DNA of 64,000 nucleotides from Candidatus Peribacteraceae bacterium (lineage in GTDB: Bacteria > Patescibacteriota > Gracilibacteria > Peribacterales > Peribacteraceae): the NCBI GenBank assembly GCA_018061945.1, contig JAGOTD010000005.1, forward strand, positions 2,278 to 66,277. Reading direction: 5' to 3'. The stretch's first letter is position 1; each line of letters opens with the position of its first letter. Made by a program: the position numbers and the translations under genes. The notes beneath the pieces were generated by a model that had not been told where the DNA came from, searched no databases, and saw only the letters and a list, made by a program, of their open reading frames with translations. Below, in pieces: positions 17,774 to 24,918 of this stretch.

Positions 17774-18526
17774 TTATCCGCGCGCTACCGTTAAGCCAAT
17801 CACTCGCTTGATTCCGGCTTTTTTCAATGCCGCAGCACAGGCTTGCATAGTGGCGCCGGTTGTAAGGAGATCATCGACAAGAATAACAGTTGCCGGAGCG
17901 GGAAAGGACTCAGATGATTCAAGTGACTCAGAGGACTCAAAAGACTCAGAGGATATGTTTGCTTGAGAAGTTAAGAGTTTTTCTGATGAAGATCGAAGTG
18001 ATCTCGCATGTATTTGAAAAGCATTATTCACTGCCTTGAGGCGCTGCTCTCGGTTACGCCACGCTTGGTGTCCTGTTGGGCGGGTGCGCACAATAAGCTG
18101 CTCTACCGGCCAGTTTTTCTCTCGGCCGATATCGGCGGCCAGTAGCTGCGCTTGATTGAATCCGCGCTGAAAACGGCGCGTCCAATGCAGAGGAATTGGA
18201 CACAACACAGGCGTTGATTCACCTGGTAGCATCAGCAAATTTGACGCAGCATTGATCATGAGAAAACTGAGCATATGGCTAAGTGCTGGAATGCGTTTGT
18301 ACTTGAGAGTCCGTATCGCTTTGCGCAGCAGTGGCGATGTCTCGTAATCCGCAGCCGCAATGACGGTCTCAAGATCAGTGCATCCCATTTTTCGCAGTTG
18401 CGATTGGGTAAGGTAGATCGATTCCAGATTGGCGAGACTCGTCCACTCGTCCTCTGTTATCCACTGCCCTTCGCCACCATCCAGTGAGGGGATGGGAAAG
18501 AGGAGGTCGAGGAGCGGTTTGAGCAT
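17774..18526 (-). CDS. comF: ComF-family phosphoribosyltransferase-fold protein
   Basis: N-terminus is MLKPLLDLLFP and the C-terminal PRPP motif is VILVDDLLTTGATM. The start was set at the ATG at 18526; the track start at 18589 would overlap the upstream gene by 50 nt. Confidence 0.85.
   Translation of the reverse strand: MLKPLLDLLFPIPSLDGGEGQWITEDEWTSLANLESIYLTQSQLRKMGCTDLETVIAAADYETSPLLRKAIRTLKYKRIPALSHMLSFLMINAASNLLMLPGESTPVLCPIPLHWTRRFQRGFNQAQLLAADIGREKNWPVEQLIVRTRPTGHQAWRNREQRLKAVNNAFQIHARSLRSSSEKLLTSQANISSESFESSESLESSESFPAPATVILVDDLLTTGATMQACAAALKKAGIKRVIGLTVARG
17906..17953. repeat. Family B word array embedded in-frame in comF
   Basis: ggactcagatgattcaagtgactcagaggactcaaaagactcagagga is read on the minus strand as SSESFESSESLESSES. 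Confidence 0.85.
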
Positions 18527-18539
18527 GCGAAAAAGGAGA

Positions 18540-19649
18540 TCAGCGAGCTGCTTGTGCAGTTGCAATTTTTGTTTTGATAGTCGATACATCTATCACGCGG
18601 TCGTATCTGCGTCCGGCAATGAGCAGTGTCGGAATTTTAATGGTACGGATGCGCTTCTCCACAATAAGTCGCTGATCAGCCAGGCTTGATTGCACGTCCG
18701 GTGAATGGGCGAGGGCTGCAATTCGGCTGACCTCGTCTGCGGTATAGCCGATTTCCTGCAATAAGTGCTGCAACTGTGTCGTTGCATCGGTTTTTGTCAT
18801 GCCCATGACAAAACGCGACTGCAAGTCTGCATCTTCTTCTGCTGCCGGCTGGGCAAAAATCTTTTCAATGAGCTGCCAGTCCGCTGCGACGGATGTATCG
18901 CCTCGTGTCAGCGGTACGCGCTTGGTGGCCTCGATATACGATGCCATTTCGTATGAATGCGGGAACTTGTAGCTACCGCTGTCCGTGGATGGAATCGGAT
19001 AGAGGAGATAGGAGATATTCAGCGCATTCATTGCATCGGCATCCATCATATTTTTGGTGAGTTTTTTACAGAATCTACAGCTGGGATCGATAATCTCCAG
19101 CGCGTACGGTTTTGCCCTGTCTTCTGCGTGGAAGAAGGTAGCTGTCGGGCTCAGATAGTCCTGTGCATTCCAGTTTTTCAGCCGGTCAGGAATGCGCGAG
19201 AGTGTGGTGCCAAGCCGGACAAACGGTCCTGCGGCCCATTCTGTGATACGTCGCTCCTGTACGGCTTGCGCAATGCCCAGCGTCGATTGAGTCACGCCGC
19301 ACGCCTCGCCCGACAGCGAGCACGACTCGGCACTCTGCGGATTGCAGGTGTCATACACCCACAAATTGAGTCCGGCATTGGCAACGTAGACAAGGCTCCA
19401 GATACTGAGTGCCACGAAAAGAAACGAAAGCCAGTCGATCCACTTGTTAAGGAACCTGGCCAGACGCGGATGGGTGAAGATCAGCTTTCCGACCAGTTTG
19501 CCTTTCATTTCCTCGCCGAAGCTGATGTCGCAGGGGCGCAGTGTGATTCTGCGCAGGACACAGTGCCATGCTTTGCCGGCCAGCGGACGGAAGGAGGCGG
19601 AGAAAATCGCAATAATGCCGAAGACGATGAACGTGGCAATGCAGAACAT
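18540..19649 (-). CDS. Membrane-anchored DsbA/thioredoxin-fold thiol:disulfide oxidoreductase
   Basis: There are two N-terminal TM helices and a Cys-rich loop. The redox motif is CRFC within DPSCRFCKKL. A cis-Pro segment (KIPTLLI) is present. Confidence 0.7.
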   Translation of the reverse strand: MFCIATFIVFGIIAIFSASFRPLAGKAWHCVLRRITLRPCDISFGEEMKGKLVGKLIFTHPRLARFLNKWIDWLSFLFVALSIWSLVYVANAGLNLWVYDTCNPQSAESCSLSGEACGVTQSTLGIAQAVQERRITEWAAGPFVRLGTTLSRIPDRLKNWNAQDYLSPTATFFHAEDRAKPYALEIIDPSCRFCKKLTKNMMDADAMNALNISYLLYPIPSTDSGSYKFPHSYEMASYIEATKRVPLTRGDTSVAADWQLIEKIFAQPAAEEDADLQSRFVMGMTKTDATTQLQHLLQEIGYTADEVSRIAALAHSPDVQSSLADQRLIVEKRIRTIKIPTLLIAGRRYDRVIDVSTIKTKIATAQAAR

Positions 19650-20858
19650 TTAGAGCGTCGTAAGAATTGTATGAATGGCAGAGAGGCACTGTTCGATCTG
19701 TTGCGGTGTGTTGTACAGCCCAAGTGAAAGGCGCAGGAGCGGAGGGAGTTTTTGCTGATGTGCCAGGTAACGGTGGCAACAGAAATGTCCGCTGCGGCAC
19801 ATGATGTGTTGTTGCGAAAGGTACAGCGCCATTTGATGCGCATCGATGCCGTCGATATGGAAGCTGATAATCGAACTTGGCTGCGTATTCAGTAGATGGA
19901 TGCGCGGTTCTTTTTGCAGTCCGTCAAAAAGCATCTGAGCGAGTTGCTGTTCCTGTGTATGATCAGCATGCTCGAGCCAGTTGATGGCTGCGGCGAGTCC
20001 GAGGATGCCGCTCCAGTTCTGTAAACCTGCCTCGAGAATTGCATGCGCTTCGTCACCTTCGGAAAGCAGCGAAAAACCGTCGAGTGTCACATCGCTCACC
20101 GTGCCGCCGCCAATGAAAAATGGAGTGAGCCCGGCAAGCAGCGATCGCCTGATGATGATGAAGCCGATAGATGGCCCGTACATTTTGTGCCCCGAGCCGC
20201 ACGCAACGTCGAAGTCTGTCTGTCTCAGCAATTGCGGTGCATGGCCGAATCCCTGGGCGCCATCCAATATGAGCAGGCCGTTTGCCCCATGGACATCGCG
20301 TGCAAGGGCAGCAGCGTTTTGCAGCGTGCGGCCGTCGATGTTGGACATGGTGTTTACCACGACAACGCTGCGCGCAATGTCTGCGGGTGTGTAGACGAGG
20401 CTGCCATCTTCAGCGCGCGGAAGCACGGTGTGCTTTGCTTTGTTTCTCTGCGCCCATGTCATGCTCGGTAGTAAGACGGAGTTGTGCTCAATGTCCGATG
20501 TGACGATGCGCTCGAATGATCCTGCAGCCAATTGGTGCAACACAAGATTGATGCCGTAGGTGGTGTTGAGGGTAAAGGCGACGCAGTAGTCTTTCTCGTT
20601 TTTCCCTGCATATGTTAAGAGTGCTTTGCGCGCAGCACGCACTTTATTGTCGACGGTTGTGCCCCAGTCGTATTTCACGCGTCCACCACAGGCGTTGTAC
20701 TGCGTGTAGTATTCTGTTTCAGCATCGAGTACGGGTTGCGGTCGCAGCGTTTGGCATGCTGCATCAAGATAACAGGAGCCGGCTTGCAGGTAACCAAAGT
20801 CACTTGCGCTCACTGTCGCCCCAATCCGGTTTTTCTTCTCGAAGAACACAGAGGTCAT
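19650..20858 (-). CDS. Class V aminotransferase / cysteine desulfurase-like (SufS/CsdA type)
   Basis: YLDAACQTL, the PLP lysine in SGHKMYGP, and the C-terminal RSGHFCC segment are present. Start taken at the ATG at 20858; the track TTG at 20891 is also possible. Confidence 0.8.
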   Translation of the reverse strand: MTSVFFEKKNRIGATVSASDFGYLQAGSCYLDAACQTLRPQPVLDAETEYYTQYNACGGRVKYDWGTTVDNKVRAARKALLTYAGKNEKDYCVAFTLNTTYGINLVLHQLAAGSFERIVTSDIEHNSVLLPSMTWAQRNKAKHTVLPRAEDGSLVYTPADIARSVVVVNTMSNIDGRTLQNAAALARDVHGANGLLILDGAQGFGHAPQLLRQTDFDVACGSGHKMYGPSIGFIIIRRSLLAGLTPFFIGGGTVSDVTLDGFSLLSEGDEAHAILEAGLQNWSGILGLAAAINWLEHADHTQEQQLAQMLFDGLQKEPRIHLLNTQPSSIISFHIDGIDAHQMALYLSQQHIMCRSGHFCCHRYLAHQQKLPPLLRLSLGLYNTPQQIEQCLSAIHTILTTL

Positions 20859-20930
20859 TCTTGCACAAATCATGCAGGAACAGAAGGTCAAGGAGCGGTT
20901 TGAACATGAGTAGGTATAAAATTTAAGTCG

Positions 20931-21659
20931 TCACTTATTATTTAGCTTCATAAACGTCAAAATTGTATTAAGTAATAGATAATAGGTCCAGGTTAAGTAT
21001 GGTTCATCAATATCTTTTTGTTGATCATTATGATGACGAATTCCATAATTATTTAGAATATCAAAAATAGTCCTTTCGTCAGTTTTTAGACTATTATCAG
21101 TTTTTAAATCTTTACGAATTGACTCAAGTACTTGCCCTAGTGCCTGAATCGAGCTTTTCTTTTCCTCTACTGTCGAATTTCTCTTAAAGAATAGATCTTT
21201 GGCATGCGCAATTTTTTCTTTAGCTGATAGCACATCGCTTTTCGGAATTTTAGCATCAGCTAAATCTATTAATTCAATTTCAGGAATAAATTCAATAAGC
21301 CCATTTCTCATCCTATATCCCCATTCTTTTAGTGCATCCTCTAGGAGGAATTGCAGCAACATTGAGCGGATAAGCTTCTCATCTCTAGAATCTTTATATT
21401 CTTCAAGAAATTGATAAGCGCATTCGAGCATATCAAATAGATCATTTTCATTTGATACAATTTCAATATTTCTAGGTGTAAGGTCTAAGTCTTTTGTTTT
21501 TAGAAGGAAAAAGTGTTCCAAGGTTTCTATGTCGTATTTGTATTGTTTAAATTCGCCGCCTTCAAAAAGTAAATCTGTAAATGGCTTACTGCATAGTTTT
21601 CTGAGTATATAGAAGCTTCCTTTTTTTATTTCGCCTTTTTTTCTTTCAGAGAACAGCAT
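20931..21659 (-). CDS. Orphan hypothetical protein in a strongly AT-rich islet
   Basis: 242-aa ORF, K/E/L/I-rich, with no recognised motif. It lies directly next to the 3' end of tRNA-Val(GAC). Confidence 0.7.
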   Translation of the reverse strand: MLFSERKKGEIKKGSFYILRKLCSKPFTDLLFEGGEFKQYKYDIETLEHFFLLKTKDLDLTPRNIEIVSNENDLFDMLECAYQFLEEYKDSRDEKLIRSMLLQFLLEDALKEWGYRMRNGLIEFIPEIELIDLADAKIPKSDVLSAKEKIAHAKDLFFKRNSTVEEKKSSIQALGQVLESIRKDLKTDNSLKTDERTIFDILNNYGIRHHNDQQKDIDEPYLTWTYYLLLNTILTFMKLNNK

Positions 21660-21679
21660 GTATTAATTGTCATCTATAA

Positions 21680-21756
21680 TGGTGGGCAATACAAGATTCG
21701 AACTTGTGACCTCCACAATGTCAATGTGGCGCTCTAACCAGCTGAGCTAATTGCCC
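21680..21756 (-). tRNA. tRNA-Val (anticodon GAC)
   Basis: Manual cloverleaf. Acceptor is GGGCAAT/ATTGCCC. D arm is GCTC-AGCTGGTTA-GAGC. Anticodon stem is CCACA/TGTGG with loop TTGACAT. T arm is ACAAG-TTCGAAT-CTTGT. CCA is encoded. Confidence 0.9.
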
Positions 21757-21775
21757 GAGATGTGAATGATAACGG

Positions 21776-21806
21776 TCTAACCATCGGCCTAGGCCGATAA
21801 TTGCCC
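21776..21806 (-). pseudogene. tRNA-Val(GAC) 5' fragment with a palindrome-substituted D arm
   Basis: The minus strand reads GGGCAATTA-TCGGCCTAGGCCGA-TGGTTAGA. It is preceded by a second copy of the 13-nt upstream motif TATCATTCACATC (21810-22; first copy 21759-71). Confidence 0.8.
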
Positions 21807-21924
21807 GACGATGTGAATGATACTCTTTACTATGAGCCGAAGCTGCAAATTGCCCATTTTTGCCTGCAAAGAGTACGGAAAACGACTTAGGTGGTCAATG
21901 TCAAAGAGGATAATACGCGCGCCA

Positions 21925-21943
21925 CCGGGACGCAGCGTCCCGG
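21925..21943. repeat. CCGGGAC...GTCCCGG hairpin word
   Basis: The reverse complement of ccgggacgcagcgtcccggctgcgg (21925-21949) is ccgcagccgggacgctgcgtcccgg, which matches ccgcagccgggacaccgtgtcccgg at 57071-57095 apart from the central spacer. Confidence 0.7.
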
Positions 21944-21989
21944 CTGCGGATATAAAACTACTTGATAATTGATCGTTGAATATTTTTTG

Positions 21990-22050
21990 ATATTTGTTTC
22001 TTCTATCTTGGAAATTGTCTAGGATTTAGAATTTTGGTCTTCGTATTTTT
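21990..22050. repeat. Family F word element copy
   Basis: gaaattgtctaggatttagaattttggtcttcg matches gaatttgtctcggatttagtattttgatcttcg at about 6699-6731. Confidence 0.6.
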
Positions 22051-22098
22051 ATACTTCTCTCATTTCCTCCTACATTTTTTCTTTTGCAATACGAACTG

Positions 22099-22124
22099 TG
22101 TGGATAACTTTTGAGTTTTCCACA
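22099..22124. promoter_or_regulatory. Two facing DnaA boxes
   Basis: TGTGGATAA at 22099-22107 is a perfect reverse complement of TTATCCACA. TTTTCCACA at 22116-22124 has one mismatch. Confidence 0.6.
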
Positions 22125-22158
22125 GTTTCAGGTAGCGTCGCTTGCACCCACTCCTCCT

Positions 22159-23274
22159 ATGGCTTTCTTCATTTCGACTGTCGCATTTATCATTCTTTTG
22201 ACTCTGCTCATCCTCATTCACGAATGGGGGCATTACATCTGTGCTCGCTTGCTCGGCGTAGAAGTAGAAGAGTTTGGTTTTGGTTTACCGCCACGCGCAA
22301 AGAAACTGTTTAAGCGCAAAGGCACGTTGTTCTCTCTCAACTGGATTCCGTTTGGCGGCTTCGTTCGCCTCAAAGGCGAAAATGCTATTGATCTTGAAAG
22401 TCGCTACGCCAAAGGCAGCTTTGGTCACGCACCGATTCCATCGCGCATTCTTATTCTGTGTGGTGGCGTGCTCATGAACTTCTTGCTCGCATTCACTCTT
22501 CTCACGTTTGGCTTTTCGGTTGGACGCTGGATTCCGAATTTCTATTCTTCTATAGATGAATTGCAGCAGGCTGCTAGCAGAGGCGAGATTTCGGTGAAAT
22601 TCGGTGTGTACATCAACGAGGTATTGCCAGATGGCGGTGCGGCAAAGGCCGGCATTCAGAAAGACACCATGGTAAAGGCCATCGATGGCAAAGAAATCAA
22701 GAGCCCCGAAGAACTTGTGGCACTTCAAAAAGGAAAGCAGGATGTGGAGTATACGATTGTCGAAGAGAAAACGCAGACGGAGCGCAAGGTCAACGTCGCA
22801 ATCGACAGCGAAGGTCGTTCGGGTATTGCCATTTCGGCGTTTGCAACCGAGCTGTCTGCGCCACATCGCTCGTTTGGACAGGCTGTTGTTCTGGCACTCA
22901 AAGAAACGAAATTCATGACGATTCAAACGATCAAGGGAATGGGCAATTTGGTTCGCTCGCTTGTTACGCGTGGCCATGTGCCAGAAGGTATTACCGGTAT
23001 TGTCGGTATTGCCGTTCTTACAAGCGGCGCTGTGCAAGAAGGGTTGATGACATACCTGCGTTTAGTTGCACTCCTCAGCTTGAGTCTTGCGATCCTCAAT
23101 ATTTTGCCGCTGCCGGCACTCGATGGCGGACGTTTGCTCTTCGTGCTCGCAGAAATGGTGCGTCGCAAGCCGCTCAATCAACGTTTTGAAATGATGACGA
23201 ATACTATCGGATTTTTCCTCCTCATCGGTCTCATCCTCATCATCACGTACAACGACGTGATTCAATTATTCTAA
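22159..23274 (+). CDS. rseP: RIP zinc metalloprotease RseP (site-2 protease)
   Basis: HEWGHYICAR (HExxH) lies in TM1. There is an internal PDZ-like segment and a C-terminal LPALDGG motif. Start set at the ATG at 22159 so that the DnaA boxes stay non-coding. Confidence 0.9.
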   Translation: MAFFISTVAFIILLTLLILIHEWGHYICARLLGVEVEEFGFGLPPRAKKLFKRKGTLFSLNWIPFGGFVRLKGENAIDLESRYAKGSFGHAPIPSRILILCGGVLMNFLLAFTLLTFGFSVGRWIPNFYSSIDELQQAASRGEISVKFGVYINEVLPDGGAAKAGIQKDTMVKAIDGKEIKSPEELVALQKGKQDVEYTIVEEKTQTERKVNVAIDSEGRSGIAISAFATELSAPHRSFGQAVVLALKETKFMTIQTIKGMGNLVRSLVTRGHVPEGITGIVGIAVLTSGAVQEGLMTYLRLVALLSLSLAILNILPLPALDGGRLLFVLAEMVRRKPLNQRFEMMTNTIGFFLLIGLILIITYNDVIQLF

Positions 23275-23287
23275 CTCCGTTTTTTGC

Positions 23288-24721
23288 ATGACGACTGGTG
23301 TAGACACCGATCTCTGGCTTCAGGTTCTCCGTAAAATTGAACCACAGCTCCAACGGAGCCAATTTATTACGTGGTTTAAAGACACGACTATTTTTGGTAA
23401 AGAGGAAAAGAAGCTGATTATCGGCTTGCCCCTGCCCATGTTTCTCAACTGGCACTTAGAGCACTATCAAGCCATGACGCTCAATGCCGTGCGCGAAATA
23501 GATCCGTCCATCGAACAGATTGTGTATCAGGTGGATATCGGACTCAAAGACGATCATTCCCGTACACTCAAACTCCTCGATCAATTTCCGGAAAAGAAGC
23601 GTCGTAAGCTGCCAAACAAGCACGAGGTTCGACTGGCCGAAGGTCTTACCAGCAAGCTCTTAAACCCGCGTTATACTCTGGAAAACTTTGTTGTCGGTCC
23701 CAATAATCGCTTGGCTCATGCGGCGTGTAGTGCGGTTGCTACCCAACCGGGTGCCAAGTACAACCCGCTGTTTTTGTATGGCGGTGTCGGTTTGGGTAAA
23801 ACACATCTGCTACAAGGAACCGGCAATGCTATTCTTAAGCAGCAGCCGTATTCGACTATCTTGTATTCGACTACCGAAGACTTTACGAATCACGTTGTCG
23901 AAGCCATTCAGCATCAGAAAATGGAGCAATTTCGCAAGCGCTACCGCGAAGTCGATGTATTTATTTTGGATGACGTGCAGTTTCTGGCCAATAAAGATCG
24001 CACGCAGGAAGAACTGTTTCATACCTTCAATGCACTCACCGAAGAAGGCAAGCAGGTCATCATTTCTTCCGATCGACCGCCCAAAGAATTGTCCATCTTG
24101 CAAGATCGTCTGGTCTCGCGCTTTGAGCGTGGCATGATCGCCGATGTCAGTTCGCCCGATTACGAGACGCGGCTGGCCATCCTCACCGAAAAGGCGCAGG
24201 AGTATGAGTTGTTTGTGGACGCCAAAGTGCTGCAGTTCATTGCCGAGCACGCCACTAAAAATGTGCGTCAGCTCGAAGGCATTCTGATGCAAGCCATAGC
24301 GCAGTACGAGCTGGAGCATTGCATGCCCACCGTGAAGAGCATTTCGGATATCATGCGCAAATTGGTCGGTGAAACCGAGCCGGTACAGGGCGAAGCGCCG
24401 GTGAACTTCCAGCAGACGAATCAAAAAGCGGTGAGCTTCCAGGATGTCCTAGAAGGCGTGAGTCGTTACTACTCGGTATCGGTGCAGGATATTCTGGGCC
24501 AGTCGCGTGTGCGGGAAGTGATGTTGCCGCGCCAGATCGCCATGTTCATGGCCAAAAAATATCTGCGGATGAGCTTTGTGCGAGTAGGGGAGTCGTTTAG
24601 CAACCGCGATCACACAACCGTGATGCATGCCTGCGAAAAAATTGATTCCAAGCTAGCCGAAGATGCTCAGTTGCTACGCGAAATGCGGGCGATTGAGAAA
24701 GAAGTTGGGTTGATTCAATAG
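23288..24721 (+). CDS. dnaA: Chromosomal replication initiator DnaA
   Basis: Walker A GGVGLGKTHLL, box VII, and the C-terminal DNA-binding segment DHTTVMHAC are present. Confidence 0.95.
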   Translation: MTTGVDTDLWLQVLRKIEPQLQRSQFITWFKDTTIFGKEEKKLIIGLPLPMFLNWHLEHYQAMTLNAVREIDPSIEQIVYQVDIGLKDDHSRTLKLLDQFPEKKRRKLPNKHEVRLAEGLTSKLLNPRYTLENFVVGPNNRLAHAACSAVATQPGAKYNPLFLYGGVGLGKTHLLQGTGNAILKQQPYSTILYSTTEDFTNHVVEAIQHQKMEQFRKRYREVDVFILDDVQFLANKDRTQEELFHTFNALTEEGKQVIISSDRPPKELSILQDRLVSRFERGMIADVSSPDYETRLAILTEKAQEYELFVDAKVLQFIAEHATKNVRQLEGILMQAIAQYELEHCMPTVKSISDIMRKLVGETEPVQGEAPVNFQQTNQKAVSFQDVLEGVSRYYSVSVQDILGQSRVREVMLPRQIAMFMAKKYLRMSFVRVGESFSNRDHTTVMHACEKIDSKLAEDAQLLREMRAIEKEVGLIQ

Positions 24722-24794
24722 GTTGTAGCTTCTTTGCTGATTAGCTTTTTTAAGAAAATGCAGCAACCGGATCAGTACTAGAAATTCATCTCTT

Positions 24795-24885
24795 CCTTTG
24801 AGTCCCCTGAGTCATCTGAGTCCTTCCTCTGGTTCTTCTGCATCGTCCCATTCGGGCCTGAGGGCCTCAGGGCCTCGAACGGCTG
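24795..24885. repeat. Composite element: family B right arm plus GGGCCTGAGGGC module
   Basis: cctttgagtcccctgagtcatctgagtcc ... cccattcgggcctgagggcctcagggcctcgaacggctg. A second copy lies at 49036-49108. Confidence 0.8.
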
Positions 24886-24918
24886 GTTCTTCTGGTTCCT
24901 CTTCATTATACTTTCCCC

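Larger units (their letters stand above)
21831..22158. other. Putative replication origin region (oriC)
   Basis: Non-coding AT-rich tract. It sits at a switch from minus-strand genes (13.3-21.7 kb) to plus-strand genes (22.2-26.7 kb). It is immediately upstream of rseP-dnaA and contains DnaA boxes. Confidence 0.5.

Noticed and set aside
18957-19727. 256-aa + strand ORF
   Set aside because: It is antisense to the DsbA-like gene. It is Arg/Cys-rich, with no motif.
22285-23037. 250-aa - strand ORF
   Set aside because: It is a shadow ORF inside rseP, whose HExxH and PDZ motifs identify the + strand as coding.
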